From: Eubacteriales bacterium
GTDB lineage: Bacteria; Bacillota; Clostridia; Oscillospirales; CAG-272
Assembly: GCA_045613205.1 (NCBI GenBank)
Contig: JAZLAO010000143.1
Location: 1-63,012, forward strand
Length of the DNA: 63,012 nt
Direction of reading: 5' to 3'
Every line of letters begins with the position of its first letter. Position 1 is the first letter of the stretch. Made by a program: the position numbers and the translations under genes. Of this stretch, positions 46,581 through 56,529 are shown piece by piece. Below the pieces are notes generated by a model. That model searched no databases, had not been told where the DNA came from, and was given only the letters and a program-made list of their open reading frames with translations.

Positions 46581-48659
46581 ATGGCTGAGAAAATTAATAA
46601 TTTCATCACGGACGAAGCTATGGATAACGGTGAACCCCAGCCTCTCGCTGCCCCGAATGAAAATGAACTTATAAACGGTGATGTGACCGACAAAAAGCAT
46701 GAGTGCTGCAGCTCTGAATCGGAGGAGTTTATAAAGCGTGAAAGGGAGAGCTTTAATTCCCGTTATACCGAAATTATGCAGCTTGTCGGTAAGGTGGGAA
46801 GCATTGGCAAAACGTCAGATCACGATTCGGCAGAGAATCTTTCCTCTGGTTCTATAATCTTAAGTATAACTGCGGACAAATCGGATAAGGGAGAGAAAAA
46901 TCGGGAAAATTCAAAAAAAAGCAGCATCACCGTTCCGATAAACACGGTGCACTGCGTCACTGCTCCGAGTGATTTAAAAGAGTTGATTTTTGACACGCAT
47001 TCAGACTCTAAATCTAATGAATTGGGCAGAGATTTTTCGTACGGTGATTTTCAAAATTTAAACGAAGGAAATTCGAACGGCTCTGACGAATACGCTTTTT
47101 CGCTGAAAAGTGATACAAACTTACCGGACGAGCGCAATCCATCGCTTTACGGTTCCGGGGAAGAATTCTCCGATTCGGATAAAGAGCGGGATGCATTTGA
47201 TGAGCACAATCATGGCTATAAATACGATTCGCTGGATATTTTTGCAAGAGCAGAGCTGTCTAAGGGAATTAATTCTTTTTACAGACGACAGAGTGCTCTT
47301 TTGCGTCAGATATCTAAGCTCGAAGACCGTCAAAAAAATGCTGACAGTGAGGGAAACATATCTCTTATCGTCGAAAAAATCGCTGTTTTGAAGGAGCTAT
47401 GTGAGCTTACTATAGAAATTCTCGGTTCTTGTGTGTATCTTGAAGCAAGAGGAAAAGGCGCAAGATTCAAGCGTATCCTCAAGACCAATATCGATAAATA
47501 TAACGCGCTGTGCGACGAGTATGAGGGCGCGTCCGGGCGCGCTGTTGAGCATCTTGATTACGGAATTATAGATGACGTTATGGCGGGTAAAATATCCCGT
47601 CCGATTTCCAACGTGTACTATTACGGAAGCGAAGATGACGCAGTATACGACCGTCACGACGAAGAATACGACAGAATGCGCAGAATCGAAGAAGAGGAAG
47701 AGGCGGCATCCAGAGAGTACAAAAGATATCTTGACGGAGGAACCCAGCTTAACCTTTCGGATTCCGAAAGAATTGCACTTGCAAAAAGAAAGAATGAGAA
47801 GCTAAGCGCAATTAAGCGCGCAACCGAACGCGACGTCTTGCTCGCGGAGCTGAGAAGCGAGTATGCTCTCAGTGAGCTTGAAGCTCGTAGAGATATTCTG
47901 GTTCGCTCTTACGGACTGGATAAACGGAAAATGGTGAAATCTCTAAGAACGGTAGAGCGCAAAATAGAAAAAATCAACAGAAACACGCAAAAAGCCATAA
48001 AAATCGAAAGAGAGAACAACTCGCGGTATTATCTGCTTTGTATGCTTGACCCGGCAGACGAGAAGCTCAAAAACGGTGCAAGGCGAGAGCGGCTTGATGC
48101 TCTTCGCGCAAGGCTTAACGTTTTGCTTTCCGAAAGAGAGAGTGTAAACGACCGCCTTATCGCGCTTTACGGAGGCTCTGATAGAACTCTTAAGAGAACG
48201 AAGGTTTCTCGCAAGGCGGCTAAAATCCGCAGAAGAAGCGCGACGGCGATGTATAACGCTCAGCGAAAACTGGCAAAGAAAATCGATAAATACAGAGTTC
48301 CGACGGATATGAAGGAGCGCGCGTACGATCTGCTTAACAAGAAGACGCAGGCTGCGGCAACTGCAGATGAGTGTATATATAAGCTCAAAAAATTAAGACC
48401 TGTAGGAAGAGCGAAAAGAGAGCTTATTCTTGAGATAAAAAGGGCGAGGACTACTATAAGGCGGCTTGACAGAGAGATACGTTATATGCTCAGAAAGCTG
48501 AAGAGAAACCAGGAGCGCTACGAGGATAACAAAGAGTGGGCATCCGTTCTTGCCTTCGTTTTCGTTATCGTTGCTATCGGTGTTGTGCTTTGGGTGCTTT
48601 TCGGACAGAATGTAACAGAGTACTTTGCAAAACTTGCAGGACAGCTTGGAGGTGCATAG
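46581..48659 (+). CDS. Large hypothetical coiled-coil protein with C-terminal TM anchor
   Basis: Acidic N-half, basic heptad C-half, C-terminal hydrophobic helix; strong RBS. Confidence 0.7.
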   Translation: MAEKINNFITDEAMDNGEPQPLAAPNENELINGDVTDKKHECCSSESEEFIKRERESFNSRYTEIMQLVGKVGSIGKTSDHDSAENLSSGSIILSITADKSDKGEKNRENSKKSSITVPINTVHCVTAPSDLKELIFDTHSDSKSNELGRDFSYGDFQNLNEGNSNGSDEYAFSLKSDTNLPDERNPSLYGSGEEFSDSDKERDAFDEHNHGYKYDSLDIFARAELSKGINSFYRRQSALLRQISKLEDRQKNADSEGNISLIVEKIAVLKELCELTIEILGSCVYLEARGKGARFKRILKTNIDKYNALCDEYEGASGRAVEHLDYGIIDDVMAGKISRPISNVYYYGSEDDAVYDRHDEEYDRMRRIEEEEEAASREYKRYLDGGTQLNLSDSERIALAKRKNEKLSAIKRATERDVLLAELRSEYALSELEARRDILVRSYGLDKRKMVKSLRTVERKIEKINRNTQKAIKIERENNSRYYLLCMLDPADEKLKNGARRERLDALRARLNVLLSERESVNDRLIALYGGSDRTLKRTKVSRKAAKIRRRSATAMYNAQRKLAKKIDKYRVPTDMKERAYDLLNKKTQAAATADECIYKLKKLRPVGRAKRELILEIKRARTTIRRLDREIRYMLRKLKRNQERYEDNKEWASVLAFVFVIVAIGVVLWVLFGQNVTEYFAKLAGQLGGA

Positions 48660-48660
48660 C

Positions 48661-48894
48661 ATGAAAATTTTTAAGCAAAAGAAAAACAATCACCGCATCG
48701 AAGGGATGAGCTCGCAGGAAAAAGCCAACATGATAAAAAGATTGGAGAGCGAAAGAAAGAAAATCAATTCCGAAATTGAGGGCATACTCAAAAGCTATTC
48801 GAAAGAGAGCGGAAACCGTGCTTTGAGGCAAAAAAAGCTTGGTTTCGGCAGAGCAGACGATGTTTTTATCTCCTACGGGGAGCAGAATTTTTGA
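48661..48894 (+). CDS. Small basic hypothetical protein
   Basis: GGAGG RBS, ATG immediately after upstream stop. Confidence 0.55.
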   Translation: MKIFKQKKNNHRIEGMSSQEKANMIKRLESERKKINSEIEGILKSYSKESGNRALRQKKLGFGRADDVFISYGEQNF

Positions 48895-48942
48895 TGAGAC
48901 GCAAATATTTGCATATGTTTTAGGTAAAATTTGCAAAAACTA

Positions 48943-49017
48943 TTGATTTTTTTAAAAATATATGTTATAATCGTTACGATGAATATGAAAGGTGGAGAGT
49001 GACTGAGAGGTCACTCT
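48943..49017 (+). promoter_or_regulatory. rimP-nusA operon promoter and leader hairpin
   Basis: TTGATT-17-TATAAT; AGAGTGAC-tgagag-GTCACTCT hairpin at 48996-49017 followed by T-rich tract. Confidence 0.7.
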
Positions 49018-49058
49018 TCATTTGTTGTATGAAGAAAAATGAAAAGGAGTAGCCACGT

Positions 49059-49517
49059 ATGAAAAAAAGCATTAAGGATACGGTCAGAGATATCATAGAA
49101 CCGACTGTAACAGACCTTGGTTACAGAATATGGGATATTACGTATTCGAAAATCGGAGCAGATTATCATCTTGAGATAACTATCGACTCGGATAGCGGAA
49201 TAAATATCGAGGACTGCGAAAAGGTGCACAGGGCAATCGACCCTATACTAGACGAGGTAGACCCCATTGAAAATTTCTACTATCTTGAGGTTTCCTCACC
49301 AGGTATAGAGCGAGAGCTTAGGACCGACGAGCATATCTCACTGTCGATAGGTCAGAAGGTGGAAGCAAAGCTTTTTGTACAAAAAGACGGAAAGAAAAGC
49401 TTTACGGGAATTCTCACCGAGTTTGACGGAAATTCGATTGTGTTTGACTGCGCAGGTGAGACGGTGGCTATTCCCAAAAATGAAGTTGCAAAAATCACTA
49501 CGGTTTATTTTGAATAA
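49059..49517 (+). CDS. rimP: Ribosome maturation factor RimP
   Basis: GINIEDCEKV, YYLEVSSPGIEREL. Confidence 0.95.
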   Translation: MKKSIKDTVRDIIEPTVTDLGYRIWDITYSKIGADYHLEITIDSDSGINIEDCEKVHRAIDPILDEVDPIENFYYLEVSSPGIERELRTDEHISLSIGQKVEAKLFVQKDGKKSFTGILTEFDGNSIVFDCAGETVAIPKNEVAKITTVYFE

Positions 49518-49560
49518 AGAAAGGACAGTAATTCAATAATTACGAAGGTAAAGAGAAAAA

Positions 49561-50592
49561 ATGAACAAGGAATTCTTTGAAGCCCTCGACCTTATCGAAA
49601 AGGAGAAGGGAATACCTAAGGAGTATATGATTGTAAAAATCGAGGCAGCGCTTGCGAATGCTTGTCGCAAGGAGGTCGGTCAGTCAACTATAGTAAGAGT
49701 AAACCTCGACCCCGTAAAGCAGGATTTAAAGGTTTATCAGCAAAGGCAGGTAGTAGCTGACGGAGAAGTGGAAGACCCCAAGTGTCAGATATCTCTTTCT
49801 GAAGCAAAAGCATTAAGCCGCCGCAATAAGCTTGGAGGCATGGTTGAAACCGAGCTTAAAACCAAGACCTTCCGCCGCATCTCCGCTACCACAGGAAAGC
49901 AGATGATAATTCAGGCAATACGCGATGCCGAAAGAGAAAGACAGACGAGAGAATATGAGGAAAAGAAGGAAGAGATAATCACAGCGATAGTGGATAAGGT
50001 AGATACTGCGTCGGGAAATCTTATTCTCGATACCGGAACAGGCTATGCGACGCTTCTTAAGGCAGAACAGATTCCCGGTGAAATTCACGATGTCGGAGAC
50101 AGAATCAAGGTCTTCATTTCCGAGGTTAAATCGGGTGAGATGAGAGGCCCTCTCGTAACACTTTCAAGAGTACATCCTAATTTTGTAAAACGCCTTTTCG
50201 AGCTTGAGATTCCCGAAATTCAGGACGGAACGATAGTTATAAAGGGTATTTCCCGCGAAGCAGGAAGCCGCACGAAGATAGCGGTTGAATCGAGAGACGA
50301 AAACGTTGACGCTATCGGTTCATGTATAGGTAAGAACGGAATGAGAATTTCCTCAATACTTAACGAGCTTGGAAATGAAAAGGTTGATATTATCAAGTAT
50401 AGTGACAATCTTCCCGAATATGTTGCCGAGGCTCTTTCTCCTGCAAAGGTAATTTCGGTTGAGATGGAAGAAGAGCGTTTTTGCAGAGTTACCGTTTCTC
50501 CCGATCAGCTTTCGCTTGCTATCGGTAAAGAGGGACAGAACGCAAAGCTCGTGGCAAGACTTACGGGCTGCAAGATAGATATAAAAGCATAA
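49561..50592 (+). CDS. nusA: Transcription termination factor NusA
   Basis: S1+KH domains, REAGSRTKIAV, GSCIGKNG, LSLAIGKEGQN. Confidence 0.96.
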   Translation: MNKEFFEALDLIEKEKGIPKEYMIVKIEAALANACRKEVGQSTIVRVNLDPVKQDLKVYQQRQVVADGEVEDPKCQISLSEAKALSRRNKLGGMVETELKTKTFRRISATTGKQMIIQAIRDAERERQTREYEEKKEEIITAIVDKVDTASGNLILDTGTGYATLLKAEQIPGEIHDVGDRIKVFISEVKSGEMRGPLVTLSRVHPNFVKRLFELEIPEIQDGTIVIKGISREAGSRTKIAVESRDENVDAIGSCIGKNGMRISSILNELGNEKVDIIKYSDNLPEYVAEALSPAKVISVEMEEERFCRVTVSPDQLSLAIGKEGQNAKLVARLTGCKIDIKA

Positions 50593-50596
50593 CGAA

Positions 50597-50881
50597 ATGG
50601 CGAAAAACAGTATGACGGAAAGAAAACAACCGGTAAGACGTTGCACGGGCTGCGGAGAGCACTTTCTCAAAACAGAGCTTATAAGAGTTTTGAGAACGCC
50701 GGATGGCGAGATTGTTCTCGACGTCACAGGAAAGAAATCGGGCAGAGGAGCGTATATATGTAAGAACGTTTCCTGCTTAAAAAAAGCACGCAAGGCAAAG
50801 AGACTGGAATCGTCGCTCGAATGTTCTATACCGGATGAGGTTTATAGCAAACTGGAAGAGGAACTTACGGTTGGAAAATAA
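50597..50881 (+). CDS. ylxR: YlxR family nucleoid/RNA-binding protein
   Basis: PVRRCTGC, KKSGRGAYIC. Confidence 0.9.
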   Translation: MAKNSMTERKQPVRRCTGCGEHFLKTELIRVLRTPDGEIVLDVTGKKSGRGAYICKNVSCLKKARKAKRLESSLECSIPDEVYSKLEEELTVGK

Positions 50882-51191
50882 AAACAAACAGCGTCTTTGC
50901 GGAATGATAGGATTCGCAATGCGCGCGGGTAAGCTTGTAATAGGAACAGAGCTTATATGCCGCGCGATGCCAAAGGGAAATATAAAACTCGTCGCTGTTG
51001 CAAGTGATGCATCGGCGGCAACAAAAAAGAAGCTTTTTGCAAAGAGCGGTTTTTACAGTATTTCGGCAATCGAGGTGGACATAGATACGGACAGCCTCGG
51101 TGAGATGCTCGGAAAAAGCTATTCGCCCGCTGCTATAGCGGTTACGGACGACGGTTTTGCCGCAGAGATAAAAAAAGCGGCCGAGGTATAG
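50871..51191 (+). CDS. ylxQ: L7Ae/YlxQ family RNA-binding protein
   Basis: GMIGFAMRAGKLVIG, VASDAS..TKKK, LGEMLGK; TTG start inferred. Confidence 0.85.
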   Translation: MENKNKQRLCGMIGFAMRAGKLVIGTELICRAMPKGNIKLVAVASDASAATKKKLFAKSGFYSISAIEVDIDTDSLGEMLGKSYSPAAIAVTDDGFAAEIKKAAEV

Positions 51192-51239
51192 TGCCCGTAT
51201 TAAATTGACGAAAGGAAGTTTTCGCATCAGCGAAAATCG

Positions 51240-54095
51240 GTGACTTATATGGCTCAAATTAAGATTTCACAAGTATCAAAGGACTTCAATCTGAAATCCA
51301 AGGATGTAGCAGATATATTCAAGGATTTAGGATTTGAAAAGAAAAACAGCGGAGCTGTTATAGAGGCAGAGGAATTTGAACTCTTCCTGGTTCATATGAC
51401 CGCAAAGCACCAGATAAAGAATCTGGATGCATATACATCAGGAAGCGTGACTATTTCTTCGGTTTCCGAAAAGCCTGTCAAAAAAACAGAGGAATCCGAA
51501 CAGAAGATAATAATGAAAGAAGAGAAGGCGGAGTTGAAGACAGAGGTAAAGGCAGCACCCGAGATTAAGGCTGTACCCGAAAAGAAGCCGCCCGTCAAGC
51601 CCGAGGCTCACACGGAGAAGCCACGAGAACAAAGACCTCGCGAGCAGAAGCCCATGATGCACCGGGAAAGCAACGGTCAGCCTCGGCAGAACAGCCAGAC
51701 CTATTATGCACCAAAGCCTGCATATCAGAGATATACCGACCGTCCCAGCGAGGATCCGTTCGCAAAGCGCCGCGAGAATATGAATCGTGCCGCAGACGGA
51801 AAACGCCAGGTTCAGCAAGGCCAAAGACCTGTGCAGATGCAGCCTAAAGCGCCTCTTCAGCAGACAAAGCCCGCTTCACCGGCAAATATGCAGAATAAAC
51901 CTCTCGCTCAGGCGGACAGACCTGCACAGCAAGCACAGCTTGATAAGCAGCAGAAGCTTGCAAAGCAGATGGCAGAGGTGAAAAAGCAGCCTCAGGCTCA
52001 GCCCAAGAAAGAGGAAAAAAAGCAGCCTAAACAACAGTTTAAGACGATTACTCCCACTATTGATATGAGCAACGTGAAGGGCGGAGTAAACATTAACACC
52101 GATTATAAAGCTGAGGTACCAAAAACACGCGTTGTAGATATGAGAACTTCGGACGTAAACCTTTCGAAGTATGACGAGCGTTATAATGAGCAGTTCTATG
52201 CAATCGCAAACGGAACCGATACCAAGGCTCAGAAGCAGAAGCTTAAAAAGCAGGACAACCGCGGTCAGAATGTGAAGAGCGCGAAGGACAAGGAAAAGGC
52301 TGCACGCGAAAAGATGAAGAAGCTGGAGGCAGAAAGAGCAAGAAACAAGCAGCTTGAAATTACTGTGCCTGATGAAATAACGGTAAGCGAGCTTTCGTCA
52401 AGGCTTAAGAAGACTTCGGGCGAGGTTATTAAAAAGCTCATGATGATGGGCGAAATGAAGGGGCTTAACGACGTTGTTGATTACGCAACAGCTGAACTTA
52501 TTGCAGACGAATTTGGTGCAAAGGTTACCAAAGAGGTTGTAGTAACGATAGAAGAAAAGCTCTTTACTGAGGCAGAAGATAGCGAAGGCGACCTTGAAGA
52601 GCGCGCTCCCGTAGTTTGCGTTATGGGTCACGTTGACCACGGTAAAACTTCAATCCTTGACGCAATAAGACACACAAACGTGACACGGGGTGAGGCCGGA
52701 GGCATTACTCAGGCAATCGGTGCTTACAGAGTTAAGGCTAACGGAAAGGATATAACCTTCCTTGATACCCCCGGACACGAAGCTTTTACCGCAATGCGTA
52801 TGCGCGGCGCAAAGTCTACAGACATTGCAATCCTCGTAGTTGCAGCGGATGACGGAGTTATGCCCCAGACAGTTGAGGCTATAAATCACGCAAAGGCGGC
52901 AGGAATTGATATCATAGTAGCCATAAACAAAATGGATAAGCCGCAGGCTAATCCCGATAACGTTCTTAACCAGCTTACTCAGTACGAGCTCGTTCCCGAG
53001 GCATGGGGCGGTGACGTTATATGCGTACCCGTGTCAGCTCTTACAGGCATGGGAATTGACGATTTGCTTGAAAACGTACTGCTTGTAGCTGAGGTGAAGG
53101 AGCTTCGCGCTAATCCTAACCGCAGAGCAAGGGGCCTTGTTATCGAGTCGAAGCTTGATCGCGGCAGAGGTCCTGTTGCAACCGTTCTTGTTCAGAACGG
53201 AACTCTTCATCAGGGTGACTACGTAATCGTAGGTAACGCAGTCGGAAGAGTGCGCGCAATGATAGACGATAAGGGTAAAAATATAAAATCGGCAGGTCCT
53301 TCCATCCCGGTTGAGATAGTAGGTCTTGACGACGTTCCTCAGGCGGGTGACGAGCTTAACGCCGTTGAAGATGAAAGAATGGCAAGAACTCTTGCCGAGC
53401 AGCGCCGTGAAAAACAGCGTCAGGAAATTCTCGCTGCAAATGCAAGAATTAATCTTGATGACCTCTTTAATCAGATTGCAGAGGGCGTGCAGACTCTCAA
53501 TATCATAGTAAAGGCAGACGTTGCAGGTTCTGCCGAGGCTGTTAAGGCTTCTCTTATCAAGCTTTCCAATGATGAGGTTAAGGTTAACGTAATCCACAGC
53601 GCAGTCGGCGGTATTACCGAAAGCGATGTTATGCTTGCTGCTGCGTCAAACGCAATAATCGTAGGATTCAGCGTTCGTCCTGACAAAAATGCTATTGACT
53701 CGGCTGAGAGAAACGGAGTTGATATCCGTACTCACCGTATCATTTATGAGATAATCGACGAGGTAGAGGCGGCAATGAAGGGTATGCTTGCTCCTACATT
53801 CAAGGAAGTAATACTCGGTCACGCAGAGGTGCGTCAGACCATACGTGTTCCCAACGTCGGAACGATTGCAGGCTCTTATATCCGCGACGGAAAAATTACC
53901 CGTCAGTCTGAGATACGTATAGTGCGTGACGGTATCGTTATTTTTGAAGATAAAATATCCTCTCTCCGCAGATTTAAGGACGACGTGCGTGAGGTGAACG
54001 AGGGATACGAGTGCGGTGTCGGCCTTGAGAAGTTTAACGACATCAAGGAGGGCGATATACTCGAAGCCTTCATTATGGAAGAGGTAGAAAAGTAA
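51240..54095 (+). CDS. infB: Translation initiation factor IF-2
   Basis: [32 protein letters not shown]; start may be ATG 51249. Confidence 0.97.
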   Translation: MTYMAQIKISQVSKDFNLKSKDVADIFKDLGFEKKNSGAVIEAEEFELFLVHMTAKHQIKNLDAYTSGSVTISSVSEKPVKKTEESEQKIIMKEEKAELKTEVKAAPEIKAVPEKKPPVKPEAHTEKPREQRPREQKPMMHRESNGQPRQNSQTYYAPKPAYQRYTDRPSEDPFAKRRENMNRAADGKRQVQQGQRPVQMQPKAPLQQTKPASPANMQNKPLAQADRPAQQAQLDKQQKLAKQMAEVKKQPQAQPKKEEKKQPKQQFKTITPTIDMSNVKGGVNINTDYKAEVPKTRVVDMRTSDVNLSKYDERYNEQFYAIANGTDTKAQKQKLKKQDNRGQNVKSAKDKEKAAREKMKKLEAERARNKQLEITVPDEITVSELSSRLKKTSGEVIKKLMMMGEMKGLNDVVDYATAELIADEFGAKVTKEVVVTIEEKLFTEAEDSEGDLEERAPVVCVMGHVDHGKTSILDAIRHTNVTRGEAGGITQAIGAYRVKANGKDITFLDTPGHEAFTAMRMRGAKSTDIAILVVAADDGVMPQTVEAINHAKAAGIDIIVAINKMDKPQANPDNVLNQLTQYELVPEAWGGDVICVPVSALTGMGIDDLLENVLLVAEVKELRANPNRRARGLVIESKLDRGRGPVATVLVQNGTLHQGDYVIVGNAVGRVRAMIDDKGKNIKSAGPSIPVEIVGLDDVPQAGDELNAVEDERMARTLAEQRREKQRQEILAANARINLDDLFNQIAEGVQTLNIIVKADVAGSAEAVKASLIKLSNDEVKVNVIHSAVGGITESDVMLAAASNAIIVGFSVRPDKNAIDSAERNGVDIRTHRIIYEIIDEVEAAMKGMLAPTFKEVILGHAEVRQTIRVPNVGTIAGSYIRDGKITRQSEIRIVRDGIVIFEDKISSLRRFKDDVREVNEGYECGVGLEKFNDIKEGDILEAFIMEEVEK

Positions 54096-54128
54096 TTTCA
54101 CTTTCTTTTAGCGAGGCTTAATAGTTAT

Positions 54129-54171
54129 GAGAGTAGTTTGAGTTTGAATTCAGACTACTCTCTTTTTTTTT
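54129..54171 (+). terminator. Terminator after infB
   Basis: GAGAGTAGTTTGA...TCAGACTACTCTC + T9. Confidence 0.8.
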
Positions 54172-54241
54172 GCACAAAATGACGATTATTTTACAAGTTG
54201 ACGGGAATAAAATATTTTCGCAATATATTTTTAAAAATATA

Positions 54242-54270
54242 TTGTATATTCCGCTGAAATGTGTTATTCT
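54242..54270 (+). promoter_or_regulatory. Likely promoter of beta-helix array
   Basis: TTGTAT-17-TATTCT with extended TG. Confidence 0.5.
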
Positions 54271-54344
54271 AATAGAAAGGACGGATATTTCTCTTTCTTT
54301 ATGTGCATTTTTTGCAAAAAAAGGAAACTTGGAGGATAAAGGTT

Positions 54345-56492
54345 ATGGCTTTTGAATACAAGGGAATCAAAATTAATCGCGATTACGTTGTTTATGAGGA
54401 TTTTGGCGCGGTAGGCGACGGAAAAGCAGAGGATTTCGGAGCGATTTATAAAACGCACGAGTATGCTAACGCACACGGACTTACAGTAAAGGGAACACCC
54501 GGAAAAACCTATTACATAAAGGATACTACTCTCGGTACGGAAGAGGTGCAGGTTGCTAAAATCAAGACCAACGTTGATTGGTGCGGCGCTAATTTTGTAA
54601 TTGACGATACCGAGCTTACCGTAATGCGAGATTATCCTTGCAGAAAAATGGCACTAGAGTCTATTTTCGAGGTTGTTCCCGATGATGAGCATATGCCGTT
54701 CAGACTTGATGACCCTACTCTTCTTTCGCGGATTGCAGAGCAGGGCTTGAATCAGCAGACAAAGAGAATAGACCTTGGGCTTGACTTTGACGGACCTGTT
54801 ATGATAATTCCTTACAACTCGGCACATTGCGTGTTCAGGCGCCGCGGAACAGGGCAGTTTAACGGCTCTCCGATGCACGAGATTATCGTCGTTGAGGCGG
54901 ACGGAAGCATCAGCGAGGAAACTCCCATAATGTTCAGCTATAAATCCATCGATTATATGGACGTATACAAGCTTGACCCGACGTCTGCCATATCAATAAA
55001 AAACGGAGTATTTACCACCCTTGAATCTAGAGTTAACCACTATCTTCCGAAGGCAGACGGAACGCTTGAGTATATATATCACGGTTATATCGTCAGAAAT
55101 CTGCACGTTATGCGTTCCTACACGACGGTTGAAAATATAGAGCACAGGGTGAGCGGCGGATTCACTCTTCTTGACAGAGCGGAGAGAAATCTTGAGGGAG
55201 CAATGTACCACGGATTTTTCGTGGCGGACGATGCAAACCACGTTACCTTTAAAAATTGTATAATTCCCGGAAGAACCTCCCCGGGTCCCGGCGGCGGACA
55301 CTCATCCTACGGCTTCAAGGCTAATCACGTCAATAAGATAGTTCTCGACGGATGCTTCCAGCCTAACTTCTGGATATCCATTGATCCCGAAACCTACGAA
55401 ATAAAGAATGCAACCGTTTATGACGAAAATGCTATCGGAAGAGCAAGAAAGGCATCCAAGGATGCCGTTGCGGCGATGGGATCGGCTGACGTAAACGGAA
55501 TAAAGAGAAGACTTTGCTGGGGACTTGGCGGAACAAACTTCTGTAAGAATATGGAGTATATCAATTCCACGGTTACCCGTTTTGATGCTCACGCGGGTCT
55601 TTATAACGGAAAAATAATCAACTGTAACATAAGCGGAATTGAGCTTACGGGTGTCGGTGAGCTTTCGCTTGAAAAGTGCAATTGGTATCAGTATTCAATA
55701 AATAACCCTATTCTTCTTCTGCGTGGAGATTACGGCTGTCACTGGAGTGGAGATATAAGCATAAAAGACGTCAACGCTTATATGCTCAACAAAGAAAAAG
55801 TTTACATAGCATCACACAGCTTCATTAACTGGTATTTCGGATACACCTGCGCAATACCCAGCGTTTCGGTCGATAACGTCAAATTCTTCGACCAAAAGAC
55901 AGAAGAAGCGCTTGCACCGGGATTTGAGGCGCATTACTTTAAATTCACCGAAGCCTCGGAAAAGATGCACCTTGATGAAACCGACGTGCCTGCAATATTC
56001 TCGGTAAACGATTTTGACGGTGACGGATATATCGACGAGCCCCGTTTTATTTCAGACGTGGACGGCACGTTCTATCCCGAGCGCGACCTTGACGGAGACG
56101 GCAGAGTAGGAAACACGTCACTTAAATACGATGACTATATGAATAAGTCCGAATTTATTTTAGGCGGTCTTGCAAGGCCGTCGCATTACCTCGGCGCTAC
56201 TCACCCGACCTGCACGGTGAATCTCAATAAGATACGCCCTCCCAAATACTTTAAGGTTGTAAATAACACAAACGAAAACGGAGAGGCTGTCGGTAAGTAT
56301 TACGTCAAAAACACTGTCGGTATAAGTGACGGCGGCTGGCACAGAGATGCAAGCTCACCCGATACCATGGGCGGATTTTTCGGTAACACGAAATTTATAT
56401 ACGGAAGCGGTGAGGACGACTATGCTCTCGGAACTGCTGAAAACGCCGCTGTAGGAGAGGGATTCGTTTTTACGAGCGAATACGATATTTAA
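54345..56492 (+). CDS. Right-handed beta-helix (pectin-lyase-like) protein, paralog 1
   Basis: YVVYEDFGAVGDGKAEDFGAI..HEYAN N-terminal motif; beta-helix periodicity; no signal peptide. Confidence 0.75.
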   Translation: MAFEYKGIKINRDYVVYEDFGAVGDGKAEDFGAIYKTHEYANAHGLTVKGTPGKTYYIKDTTLGTEEVQVAKIKTNVDWCGANFVIDDTELTVMRDYPCRKMALESIFEVVPDDEHMPFRLDDPTLLSRIAEQGLNQQTKRIDLGLDFDGPVMIIPYNSAHCVFRRRGTGQFNGSPMHEIIVVEADGSISEETPIMFSYKSIDYMDVYKLDPTSAISIKNGVFTTLESRVNHYLPKADGTLEYIYHGYIVRNLHVMRSYTTVENIEHRVSGGFTLLDRAERNLEGAMYHGFFVADDANHVTFKNCIIPGRTSPGPGGGHSSYGFKANHVNKIVLDGCFQPNFWISIDPETYEIKNATVYDENAIGRARKASKDAVAAMGSADVNGIKRRLCWGLGGTNFCKNMEYINSTVTRFDAHAGLYNGKIINCNISGIELTGVGELSLEKCNWYQYSINNPILLLRGDYGCHWSGDISIKDVNAYMLNKEKVYIASHSFINWYFGYTCAIPSVSVDNVKFFDQKTEEALAPGFEAHYFKFTEASEKMHLDETDVPAIFSVNDFDGDGYIDEPRFISDVDGTFYPERDLDGDGRVGNTSLKYDDYMNKSEFILGGLARPSHYLGATHPTCTVNLNKIRPPKYFKVVNNTNENGEAVGKYYVKNTVGISDGGWHRDASSPDTMGGFFGNTKFIYGSGEDDYALGTAENAAVGEGFVFTSEYDI

Positions 56493-56529
56493 TTTCAGAC
56501 GATTAAAGGTATATTACAAGGAATGAATT

